Assembly: GCA_013239625.1 (NCBI GenBank)
Contig: MU054187.1
Span: 4,041,757 to 4,105,756 of the forward strand
DNA: 64,000 bases
Reading direction: 5' to 3'
Source: Lama guanicoe
Taxonomy: Eukaryota
Part shown: piece after piece, positions 11,301 to 23,400 of the stretch
Layout of the letters: every line of letters begins with the position of its first letter
How positions within the stretch are numbered: the stretch's first letter is position 1
The notes under the pieces: generated by a model
What the model was told of the DNA's origin: nothing
The model's input: only the letters and a program-made list of their open reading frames with translations
Database searches by the model: none
Program-made: the position numbers and the translations under genes

Positions 11301-13639
11301 GCAGGCCAGGAGGATACAGGCATTACTGGAATGGGTGGGGGGCTTAGCCCGCTTCCTTCTTCAGCCACCTGCAAGAGTCACAGCTTTGCCTGTGCCCTTG
11401 AAAGGGGCTGTCTGCCTTTCGATAAATTCGTGTGAACCTTGTCAGGCCCTAGCCTGGTGTCATGACAGAGTAAGTCCTCTGTGGGTCAGAGAGCAGGCTT
11501 TCTTACACTCCCTCCAAACCACGTGGGCAGCAGTAGAAGTCATTGATGGGGTATTCTTGAGAAAATAAAGTATAACTAAATAAAAAGTATTATCATTTCA
11601 CAGCCTGACAGCCTTACAGACGGACTCAACACAAAAATACTTCACCGGGCCTTGGCTGTATTCCTCAGTCTTCAATTTCTTGCCTGCATGTATGGGAATG
11701 AGTGTTTTCTGCAAAGAATTGAAGAGAAATTTACTACGTAACATAAAATGGAATAACAGTCAAATTAACATGTAAATAAATAAATTCAAATTTAGGCCAC
11801 GTAAGTACATGAAAATACAGAACGAATCTGTGACAATTTTATAAAAGCTTCTAAGCTAAGCTTAGCTTCGGATCTTCATGGGTGAAGTCTGCTGTAAATG
11901 GCACATACAGATATAATTAATGACACTTCAAAGAACACACTTCAAAATTTTGGACTGCAGTGTAGCAAATCTTTGTTTTTAAAACGTCATTTAATCTCAT
12001 TTTTTGAACTTGTTGAAAACTTCCTTAATTATTCATAAGTTACATTCAGAATCATTGATCCAAGCCCTCCCCAAAAAAGGAAGTCTTAATGAGAAATTAA
12101 TAATTTAAGTGACCTTGACCACATCGACATAACTTTGATGTCAACTACTTTTGTGCAGGAGGGCATTCTAGTCAAAACACCTTTGAGGGAAAAATGTTCT
12201 TGGCCTAAAGCTAAACACGCAAGAGCTACTCTAATTATGCTTAATCTTTTTGGCGCAGGGTCAAATTCCTGCGGTATTGAATAGCACAGCGGGGAAGCTT
12301 TTTGTCAGAGTGGTTTCTAAAACAAATGAAGTCCATACACAACAGACACGCACACGCTGCCGTAACTTGATGTGGAGAAAAGGACTCCTCCCTCCAGGGA
12401 GGGAGGTGGTGCCTCCTGCCCCAGCCCAGCTGCCCGGGAGGGATCAGGAAAAAAGCCAGAGGCCCAGCCACAGGACACTCGCACCCAAAGGCAGCTGCCA
12501 AGCCAAGAGTGATGTAGGTGACCGTGGGCCCCAGGAGACCACAAACTGGTGCGACACCAGCAGCAGAAAACCCTCGCTGGCTGGTCGGTTGAGCCGTTCG
12601 CGCGTTCATTCACGGATGTCTCTCTGATTACCTCTTTTTTCCTTGTCTCTTATGACATCTATTTCCCCAGTGTTCTCTCTTGCCATCTGTCATTTGGCTA
12701 TTTCCCGCCTTTACCTTTCACTTTCCGAAGCCCACCATTTGCCAGACCCTTACGCTCGGTGCTGGGACACCCTAGCTGGGGGTGGAACCACCCTGCCTTA
12801 TAGAGATTTCAGTTGAGTGGAAGAGGAAATGAGCCATTATAACTTAGGGTGATGAGCACTGTGATAAATGAATTGGCTCAAATCACAGCAGGGAGACCAA
12901 GAGAGAAGCCTGGACAAGCACAGACCAGACAGGTGACCATGAATGCCGCCAGGTGGGGCCCCAGCAGTGCTCACGCTCGTGCTTGATTGGCAGCCAGGCT
13001 ATTGGGAGCAACGTAGTAGCCCGGTGATCTTAGTGATTGTAACTCTTGACTCTCAACTCCACGAGGTCTCGTTCTAAAGATACAGTAAGAATCATGATGA
13101 TCGCTACTTAGCGCGTGCCAACCACAATAATTGCGAGTCATTAAGCACTAGTTATGTATCAGGAATTAGGTTAAATGCTCTAAATGCGTTATTTTACCTC
13201 ATGGCTAGACACTGTGCTAGGAACTTTTTAATATATTATTTCTAAAACTTAGAAAGATTGTAAACTTGTAAGATTGTTATCATTGGCCCCCATTTCCTAG
13301 ATGGGAAAACAAAGGATAAATGAGGTTTAATAACTTGTTCGAGGATTTGCCCCTGGGCTCATAAATCCTAAATTCGTGTAAGATCCCAAATTTGTAAGGT
13401 CCCTTCACTAGACGGCATCATGTGTCAAACACGTCTGTCCCCAGCAGCGGGGGTCCGAGCCCAGAGCTGGAAAGCCAGCTGCAGGCAAATCCTGGAGAAT
13501 TCAGAAGAAGCGAAGCAAATGTGTGCACACATCCCTGATTCAACCAGTAGTAATGTTAACAATAACAACAGCAGTAATAGCAACTCTGATTTGGTGGGTG
13601 CATCCTATGTACCAGTCATGGGTGACAGCAAACGTTCAC

Positions 13640-14100
13640 ACTACCAGCCTCTAGGCCCCTCTTCTCTGATGACAGAACCTCTGAACGCCTCACCTGCTCT
13701 CAGTCTGCTGACTTCAGGCGGGGTGCACTGCCCACTGGGACTCTGGGCACAAGCCCACGGCCTGGGTCTGGCCACACAATGTCATGACGGTTTTTGGAGG
13801 GTTGCCGTGTGACCAGGTTCAGGCCAGTTGAGAGCCATCTCCAGGACTTTTCCTGGTGTTATCTACAAAAGTACCCCTGCTGGACAAATGAAATACCCAA
13901 CCTGGAGTTGTACTTGAGAACAGTCTGCTGGAGAAAGATGCACTGAACGAAACAGAGCTCAGAGATAGACAGACAAGGTTCCAATGACAAATCCTGGATC
14001 ATACCCACCCCACCCCTAGATTTTTTCAGTTAAGTGAGTCAGTACATTCCCAGCTTGGATCTTGGGTTGGGTTTCTGACTGTCACCGTTGAGAGCCCTTT
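13640..14100 (+). mobile_element. Old ERVL-MaLR LTR (MLT1-like)
   Basis: gtgtgaccaggttcaggccagttgagagcc...gattttttcagttaagtgagtcagtacattccc...ttgggtttctgactgtcac, typical of an MLT1 3' end. Confidence 0.55.
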
Positions 14101-15049
14101 CGAACACTCCGTTCTAACCGTGTGCGTGCGTTAGTTTATGTCATCACATCTAGTTGTTACAGGAGCCCTCGGAGGTAGTATAACCAGTACGGGTGGAGTT
14201 AGGGAACACCTGGTCCCACGTCAAAGTCAGTGATCTGAGCAGGTGTCTGCTACCACCATCTCTTTTATCTCCTTCTTCCTCTAGCGTCAGAATATTGTGT
14301 GATACTCACAGCTGGCATTGCTGCGCTAACTGTATATCTTATATTTACCTCTTTGGGTTGAAACAGATATGATTTGATTTTAAAACAACAATGCTGCTGA
14401 CTGAAGAACTGTCTCTAAATCAGATATTTCCCTGGAGCGCTGGTTCCCTGACGTTAGCTCTTTGTAGAGGAACATGACTGTGAAATTAAGACGATGATAA
14501 TTAAGACTTGAATTAAGATCATTCATTCTAGAAATGATTGGCTTTAACAAGAAGGCAACTTCTTTTCTAAGTTTCTCCCGCCTGCTGTTCTTGTTTGTTG
14601 GGATTCGCTGCTACAACGTGTGTCATGTTGGAATGGGGTCCGAGCGGTCCTCAGAGCAGTCAGGAGTGAACAGAAGTCTTTGCAGTTGGAGTTTCCACAC
14701 TAGCAGGTAACGGGAGTGAGCAAACTGTGTGGCCCTGGGCATCTTGCAAATGCGCGCAGATGAGCAGCTTCGGGCCCCAGACCGCGAGTGCAACGCTGCC
14801 AAGGGGAATTAACGGAAACACTGGTTTGAATTCAAGAGCCCCACGGGATCTTGGTAAAAGTCATCATGAAACCACAACTGTAGGGCCATTGTAGGGCAGA
14901 AGCCACAGGGCAGCCTCCAGAATGCAAGGCATTTGCGAGACTGCCAGGGAGCATACGTATTGCCTGCTGAAGATGCAGCCACAGCTCCAAAGCACGACAC
15001 ATCTGAAAAGGAAGTCCAGAAACCTGTGATTGGGGAATGTTGGCCCTCA

Positions 15050-15950
15050 GAGCCAGAAACAAGCAAGCAAACAGAAAGGAACCTAAAGTGTGTGCAAAAT
15101 ATTTAAAAACAAAAAAATGACACATAAAAACAGGAAGTTCTGAAACAAGAATGAGCTGCTATGGGAAGGGTGAAGTAAGGAAGCTAGGAAACACATGGTC
15201 ATTGAAATAAAAAGTTAATAAAAATAGATGGGCTAACCAATGAAGGGGACAAAGCTGGAAGGGAACCAGCTAACTGGAAGGTAAACTCGAGGGGTCGCCC
15301 AGGGCATAACCCAGGATGTAAATGGAAGGACAAAGGGAAGTAAAACAAACAAGATTAAAAAAGAAAGCAAGAGAGAGGGCAGAACAAGAAATTTTAACAT
15401 CAAATAGCAGTGCCCAAGGGTGAAAATAAATGGAAAGGTAATATTCAAAAAGACTCAGGCTGAGAATTTAATTCTTTGATTAATTAATCCTTTAATTTCC
15501 CAGAAATTAGGAAAGACAGAGAGTACAGAAGGAAAAGATCTGTCTAGTAAGATACCTTTTAACCATCTACACTTAGCATAGTCGAAATGTCAGATTATCA
15601 AGGGCCAAGAGAAACTGTGGAAATTATCCACAGAGAAAAATCAAATCAGAAATAATTGATTAATTCAAAATTTTTGAATAATTCAAATTAAGAGCATAAC
15701 TTTCATCTACAGCGATATAGGCAACCGAATAGTGCCTTCAAGGTGCTAAAGAGAAATGACTGTGAACCTGGACAAAAGATTACTTACATCATGAGGGCAA
15801 AACAAAAACAACTTAGAAAAATGAAGGGAGTTTAAAGTTTGCTGCCCACAGATATTCGCCGAGAAGACTACTAATACATGTGCCTACCCCGTAAGAAGGA
15901 AAAATAAACCAGAAAGGCAATGTGGGATAGAGGAAGAAGAATCAAACATC
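15050..15950 (+). mobile_element. Degraded L1 ORF1-region fragment
   Basis: Strongly A-rich plus strand with ORF1-like remnants (gctgagaattt...ttcccagaaattagg, gtgccttcaaggtgctaaagagaaatgactgtgaacct). Confidence 0.55.
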
Positions 15951-16379
15951 ATGCTCAGATTTTTAAAAATTTTAAAGAAAGAAGGGAGAAAGGAGAGACC
16001 AGATTTGGAATCAGGAGGTTGGCTATGTGTCTCCGAGCCTTCGTTCTTCCATCTATAAAATGACGGGATTAGCTATTAACGTCACAACTTATTGGACAAA
16101 CAATTGCAGTTTTCTGTGAACTGATTTTTAGTTCACTTAATGTCGCTATTTAGATTTCATATCCTCTTCCTCCCACTGTATTTGATTGAATATTCTCTGC
16201 GTAAAATTCTTCCTGTTCGCCTAGCCTAGCCCAGCAAGCACTCATCCCCAGCAGATGGTGACTTGATGGTTATGACACGGAGATGCATACACACTGGTAC
16301 CCATGGCTGCATGCACACTGACAAGGGAGCTGTCCATCTCCTTGGCTGAGGCATCCAGCCTTCCAGAGTCTGTCAATCA

Positions 16380-16625
16380 CGACGGATTAGGTTATGCTGG
16401 GGTAGCAACCAAATGTCATTAGCTCAAAACTAGCAATGTTTATTTCTCACTCACACGTCACGTGCATCGCTGAGAGCTCTGCTCTGCACGGCACCCCCAT
16501 AGGACCTAACTTGCTTCCGCAGCCACCATCGTGGTGCAGATCCCACATCCGCTCACACTTCATTGGTCTAACAAGTCACGTGACCACGCCTGCCTCCACA
16601 GGACAGAGAGGGAGCCCTGCCGTTC
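16380..16625 (-). mobile_element. Old ERVL-MaLR LTR fragment (MLT1-like)
   Basis: ggattaggttatgctg...gtttatttctcactcac...gctcacacttcattggtctaacaagtcacgtgacc. Confidence 0.55.
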
Positions 16626-17235
16626 GCCTCCGAGGAGACTCAGAACTACCTGCGGAGAGCGCCGGTGACTACGGCGCGGGGCGGCGCCATTCCTCTCGTC
16701 AAATTTTGAAGCACATCCTGGGACAATCTGGCTTAATTTCCTCCTAGATGTATGTTTTCTTTCTCTCTCTCTTTCTTTCTTTCTTTCTTTTTTTTTTTTG
16801 AACCTGTGTTTTCTACAATAAAGGCTCTTATTTTCCACTTTCCAGATAGTCCACTCTACCTAGAAATCTTTTTTTTTTTTCCATCCTAAAACATAGCAAA
16901 AGATAGCTCTCCTTGGCGATAAGGAAACAGACCATCTCTACCAGGAATTGGGGGCATCACCGGTGAGAAATACCTTTCATTCTCTCATGATTAACCTGTA
17001 AATTAGAAAGCAAATGTCAATAATGTCTTCATGGAATATTCTGCCTTATTAGATTCTCAGTAACCTTCTACACATTGCTATTTAAAAATCCATAAAACGC
17101 CGTATGAAGGTTTATTGGTTGTTATCAGTATCAGAACACATGACCAAGTTTTGATTAAAAAATAACTTTCATCTCATCAGTGAAATACAAAATGAACTTT
17201 GTATTTTAGACTTCATTAACCCCTCATGCTTTATT

Positions 17236-17396
17236 TCTAGCAAGCAAAAAAACCAAGCAAAACAAAATATACATACACATTTTAACTAATACTTAGTTAA
17301 ATACTTAGTTAAATAAGTATTAAATAAGTATAAGTAAAATACTTAGTTAAAATGTGTATGTATATTTTGTTTTGCTTGGTTTTTTTGCTTGCTAGA
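17236..17396. repeat. Perfect inverted repeat: 54-bp arms (17236-17289 and 17343-17396) with a 53-bp AT-rich spacer
   Basis: Left arm TCTAGCAAGCAAAAAAACCAAGCAAAACAAAATATACATACACATTTTAACTAA; the right arm is its exact reverse complement, checked base by base. Confidence 0.95.
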
Positions 17397-17399
17397 GGT

Positions 17400-17585
17400 T
17401 TAGAGTCATGTAAATCTGATTTTAAACCCTGGTTTTGTGCATTAATAGCAAAGTTACGTGTGTAAGTTACAAGGCCCCACTGAACCTCATTTTCTTCACG
17501 TAAACCTTTGGGATAGTAATACTCTCCTAGGGGTTTGAGAGGATTAATTGAAGCAATGCTTGTGTATGAAACGCCTGGCAAGGTG
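17400..17585 (+). mobile_element. MIR SINE
   Basis: ctgaacctcattttcttcacgtaaacctttgggatagtaatactc...gaggattaattgaag...gcctggca, resembling the MIR core. Confidence 0.6.
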
Positions 17586-18826
17586 CACAGTGACTATGAG
17601 GACTTCCGCTCTCACCTTCCATTTTGCTTGAGTAACTCTCTGCTGCCAATTCAGATTTCATCCTGAAATAGGAGGCCTAAAACGTGCATTTCCTCTTTCA
17701 ACTAATCACGGAGAAGAGTGGGTAATAAAGGAATGTAAGAGAAAAATAAATAAAATTCCTGAAGACAGTTGGTTTGCAGAATGGCAGTAAATTCAATCCA
17801 AAAAGTAATCCTTGTAAGTTCCCCATGAGGATTGTCTGCAGAGCTCTTTAACTGCATCCCCCCCCAGAAATGCACATAAATGGCAACCCACAGGGAGATC
17901 GAGCTCCAGAACTAGGGATGTGCATCACCTACTCGGATTCCCACCGTCCCTGACATGTGAGAGGTGACCGAGCGCCAGAAGTCACGGGGAGAAGTACCCG
18001 GAACAGGCTTCAGTTCCTTGTAGCCGCTGACTTTCCTGGCACCTCGTTCCAGGGGTGTCTTTTCTGTTTTGGTTCTGTTTTGGCATATTGGTTCCTATTC
18101 ATTCATTCTTTCTCTCTCTCCTTCCTCCCTTTTTCTAGCTCTTTGTCTCTCTGGTTGCCTCCTGTTGTCTCCTTGTCTCTATTGTATCTGTTTCCCCAGT
18201 TTTCTCTCTTGCCGTTTGCCATACTCCACGTCATCCCCTAATTGCCACTCTGCCTTCGATTCCCCGTTCATTACTTACTGGGAAGGGCAACACTTGGCTT
18301 AATGTGCAATCCCAGAATCGGCGACCAGCTTTGTCCTCTGTGTGACCTACACAGTGACTGTCTCCGCCACAGCCCGCAAGCAGGGAGAAGCTTCTTTCTT
18401 CCGGAGGCCCGTCAGGGAGCGCAGACACTTGGGAAGATCTTCCTCTGTTTGCACTACATTTACCTCCTTGTTGCTTCTGACTGATCTCGGGTCAGTTATC
18501 CCGAGGCCTCTCCCTCGTGAGTCATCTAAATATTTGAAGATACCAGTTATAGCTCCTTAAGTCTCCTGCTGCTGTACAAACACAGTCTCAATTTTTTATT
18601 TTTTTACGTTGATCCATGATTATATCCTGTGTGTATAAATGGGATGCTTTTCCTGGGCCCCGGAGCTTGGCCTAAGTTCATGCTCCGCCTCCCTCCCCCA
18701 CCACGTCATGTGCTGAAAGCATGTTTTATTGCACCTGTCATCTGGGGAACTTAAAATGGTTTTGAACATCCCCAGCTCACTTCTCTCTGGCTGGTTCCCC
18801 ATAGATGCAACATCACCCTCTGCGTA

Positions 18827-19365
18827 TGAAAGACTGAATATGCAAATGACAATGGCCAGACCATATAGGAAAACAAAGCCTAATCGAAGTTTTCAACAAC
18901 TGGATCAGGAAACCAACCCATTAATTAAAATATCAAGGCCAGGGAGCCAGCCTGCTCCCCACAAGTCAGACTTGCAGAAACAGACAACTATCTCTAGTCA
19001 TACATAATCCAGGAAGCCAAACAGTCACTCCTGTAACAAATGGCCCCAAATGGCCAACACCTGATTAATAATTGATATCTTCCATAATTGTTCCGATTGG
19101 TCCCAACATAGGACCAATCAGAAAAAAACAAATATGTACCCCAAGCCCATCGCATAGGATGCTCCACGTCTCGTTAGCCTTCCTGCAACTTCCACCTGGG
19201 GCACACCTGAAGCCTCCCCGCGTTTCTGCTCTCAAGAGGACCCTCTCCTCTGCCTGCCTTTGCATCTCTGTGAAGTAGAGCTGTGGCTGACGCCCTTGCT
19301 ACGGCAAATTCTGAATAAACAAGATTTGCTTGTTCTCAGTTACTTGGTCTTAGTTTATTTCCTCA
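18827..19365 (+). mobile_element. Solo LTR, probably ERV1 class
   Basis: Starts TG (18827) and ends CA (19365). Flanks cgta/ggta form an imperfect 4-bp TSD. Internal CCAAT boxes, and AATAAA at 19314-19319 about 45 bp before the end. Confidence 0.7.
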
Positions 19366-20289
19366 GGTAGGAGCTTAATGGAACAAAGTGCAGATGTTTC
19401 CATGGGGGAAATATAGTTTTTCGCATGGGGGAAATGCAGCAGAGAAATAAAAATAATTTTCAGATGAACACTGAGGAGTGTATGAGGGTTTATCTGGAAA
19501 GGACACGAGGTTCTTTAGCTGCAAGTCTGATTTTCTCTGCTTTGTACGAATCCCCACTTACAGTCTTTGTATTCAGTTTCAGCCACCTCTTCTGCCTGAG
19601 TCCGCATCTCAACTTAGGCCATGAGAAGAGACATTATAGAGAAAATCAAACAAAAGAAGACATTCTTCTCTACTTTATTTTATAAATACTTTTTGAAAAT
19701 GACTCTCTCACCCCATTTTATCCCAAAAGGTTACTGTTATTATGTGCCGAGAAAAATCTACATCAGTTCAATTTTCAGCTAAATGAGAAAGGACACTGTG
19801 AACTAGTTATTTAATCAGCTCTCTCCGACTTTTGGAAGGTCGGTAAAAATCTCTTTTTCTTCCTGGTGATTTCTTCTGTATAAATTTATCATCACAAAGA
19901 TGACTTGACAGTACAAGTAAGAGTCAATTTTATGCTCTTTATCTAGACTGCGAGCAAATCCAGAATAGCAGGGCAGGGCAGGTGGGACAGGGGAATCAAG
20001 ACATGGAAGAGAGAGTAATTTTTAATCATTTTCAGACAAAAACACTGACAATGTGCATGTGGTGAGCAGGAGGCAGTGATGGTGGGGAAACTGAGGGGAG
20101 ATTCTTTCAAGGGATGCAGAGATGGGCAAGGTAGAGACGAGGAAGCTGGTCTCCACTCCCCGGGAACCTGTTGGACATGCCACCTGGCAGGTGCCCGTCC
20201 ACAGTCAGGGACCACTAGCTCTCAGGGTGCTTGCTGTTTGAGGCAGCAGTGGAAACAAGTAGGCAAGGGCTTTGATCTCTCCACACGCA

Positions 20290-20490
20290 CACTTATCAGT
20301 TATTTAACGTCTATCATAATCTAAACTCTGTGCTAGGGAACTTCTGCACATTATCTTATTTAATTCTTGTTTAATTAATCAACTCTGTGAGATCAGTACC
20401 ATTAATTACTCTCATTTTATGGATGCAGAAACTGAGGCTCAAGGAGATTCCCAAACTTGCTCAAGGTCATAGGATTAGTTAATAAGAAGC
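20290..20490 (-). mobile_element. MIR SINE
   Basis: ctcattttatggatgcagaaactgaggctcaaggag...acttgctcaaggtcatag, the MIR core in antisense. Confidence 0.75.
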
Positions 20491-23400
20491 AGGGCCACTG
20501 TCTGAACAGGGATTAGCCTGGGTTCCTTGCCCTGGGGTCGCTCCCAGGTGCCACTCTGCTCTGGGAAGGAGTGTCCGTGTAGGTCGGCCTTAGGGACTGA
20601 TGTAAAACTGGACACCTGTCTGCAAACTAATAAAATAAACAATAAAGCTGATCCTCATTTTTAACAGCATTTAAGAAAACCATTGGCATTTAATTTACAT
20701 CATGGTTTTAAAGACACGACTTACAAAAAATGTACTGACATCAAGAATATCACCAACCACGGAGTTGTTCTCTGTCTTTTGATTGCTGCCACCCCCACCG
20801 AGCAGAGAGCATCTCTGAGCTGCGGCAGTGACAGATCGATGCACAGCAGATAAAGAGCATGCATTGTTTGTTGACAATTGCTACCCAGCTTCTTTTTCAG
20901 ATGCGTAGGCAGAAAGCGGTTAAGTGACTTACCAGTTTTCATTAAATAAGTCAGAGACAGAATAAAGAAGAGTGCTCAACGTTTTATGTCGGGGCTGGCT
21001 TCACGTTTCCTAGGCTACACCACCTATGTGACAGCAGATAGCAGAGTCAGCCAGAAGAGGAATATTAAATCTCTTTTAAATTTAAAAGGGAACAATCACA
21101 AATGGATCTTGGTGACAGAAACAAATTAAAGTTATTAAAATAGGATGGCTTTTATCCCTCCACAGAATAAAACTGGCTGGCAGCTGTGTTTTGATAGACT
21201 TTTCCATTTGATTTTTGGTGGCTTAGTGGAATAAAGTCATGATTTCAGTCACAACAGTATATAGAAAAGATAATTTGAGAAGGTAAATATGCAGACAATT
21301 GCAAGGCTGAAAAAGTGAAGCATAGTAACATTCCCATTAGATGAAACAAAGAATTATAAATACAGTGAGGCCACTTTTTTACTAATACCAATTGAAAGTA
21401 CATGTCAGATCCCTCATTGGAACAAGGGACATACATCCAGTGTCCAGGTTCCAACCTAAGAAAATGCCCCACCAGGGAGTCTCCAAGTGTATTCCTGCAT
21501 CAGCAGCACGTCCACTCACCTCTCCAGGAAACAGATAATATACAGATAGAGGTAAATACACCATTTACAGGGAACAAAAATCCCATGGGAAAAGAAGAGA
21601 CAGTGGTGGCTGAGGAGATCTCCTGTTCAGTTTTCCTTGTAGTGTCTGCAGGTGTGGGAAGCCCTAAGAACCTGGGTATTCGGTCCCCTTTTGAACTTTA
21701 AGTTGTAAACGTCCACGTAAAACAGGTGTCATTAGCGACTCGTATGTGTCCCTGCATCTCCAGCAGGTGTAGGGACTTCCCAGACCTCAGTGTTTGAGAA
21801 GTTAAATCCTGGATGTAACGTCTGGGAGACAGGACTGAGATGTGATTATTAAAGAAGAGTTTAATTAATTATACTCCACCCTCTTTGGAGAAAAACTGTA
21901 CACATGGAAAGTACTTGGATAGAAACAGTATCCCAGGGACTCCGTGGGAGCACAGGGCAGGGGAGAAGATGAGCTCCCACGTCAACATGAGGATCCTAAA
22001 ACGGTCCTCTCCGAGGGCCCGGCAGACTTCCAGACCTGATGCTGGTTCTCCCGTGAGCCCCAGAACCACCAGGAAGAGGACCACAGTATGCCTTGTTGTG
22101 TACCTGGCAGGTCAGAGTAAGCCTCCACTTCTCTGGATGCCGATAATGCTCACTGGAAATTAACACATTACAGTCCGGTTAGTTTTATGAACTTCTTAAT
22201 CAGCTCATTGCTGGAAACGACAAATATGTCTTCAGGCTGTGATGCTAAGGGCCAAGCTCTGGGCAGAGTTGAACTCACTAACTGAAAAGCCACCTCAGTT
22301 AGTACTCCTGGGGGTGGGGGAACAGGGAAACTCCCTAGGGACCCCCTGCTCCGTGCAAGTGCCACTAGGCTCTGTGTCAGGCTCCAGCCGCAGCTGCTCT
22401 TCAAGTTGGATAGAGAACTGGGGGCAAAGACATACAGAGGAAAGATGTGCACGGGTTAGGGGACGTTAGAGGAAATTCATAAATGGGACGCGGGGCTACT
22501 GGGAAGAGTCAGGTTTTTAAAAGTTCTCGAGTTCTTTCTCAGAAGTAGTCGTTTCAGCTCCGAGGCGCTCCTGACCTCAGCGCCTCAGAATCTAAATGAT
22601 AAACAAGTGTCGCTCTTCAATCGTTTGTTATACAAATATTGATTATCTTCGTCAGGTTTTTTTTTCTTTTCTTTGAAGAATTTCTTTACTGGCTTCTCCA
22701 TGTTATTCCGAAGCTTCAACTCGTTGTTAGCACGTGGTTTTATCCTAGAACATACTGCATTGATCATTTGTTTTTATCTTTGCTTTCTAAATTTTGGATT
22801 TATACTTTTCATTGTTATAACCTACAAATTATTATAGATTAGCTTATTTTCCCCTTTATCTAAAAAGGGTTTTAATACCTTTTTACAGAGTTGGGTAAAA
22901 AAACATGCAGATCTGCCTCGTGGAACAATGGCTGCCTCCCTGCAAGCATGTCCTCATCTGTGTGATGGATCAGCCCTCAGTAAGCTGTATTTGGTTTTAG
23001 TCTCAACTCCAAATTTGCCATTTCTAGTTCCTTGGAGTTAATCAGACCTCTCCGGATATTTATACCCTTAAGGGACAGATTAGAGGGTCTTAACGCATTC
23101 TAATATGTCCTAAGTAAATAGGCTGTCATGATCTCTTGGGAAAGTTGTGCTCAGAGATTTAGCGAACAGGCTGCGAGGACAAAAACCCAGGTAAATAAGG
23201 AGCGGAGTTCCGAGCCGTGTTCAGCAGATCCCGGACAGTGAGTGGTGACGGCAAGGCCGCAGCAGACAGACTTCCGAAGAGTCAGGAAGAGATGGACATG
23301 CTTGCGTGCTTCCCCTTTGCTGGGCTTCTTTTTGGACCAGTGCCGGCCGGTTTTCTCTTTCTTGATGGTGGCTCGAACGGGAACCCGGAGGAAGTGGGAG

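Noticed and set aside
11853..11868. Perfect 16-bp palindrome AAGCTAAGCTTAGCTT
   Set aside because: About one palindrome with 8-bp arms is expected by chance in 64 kb.
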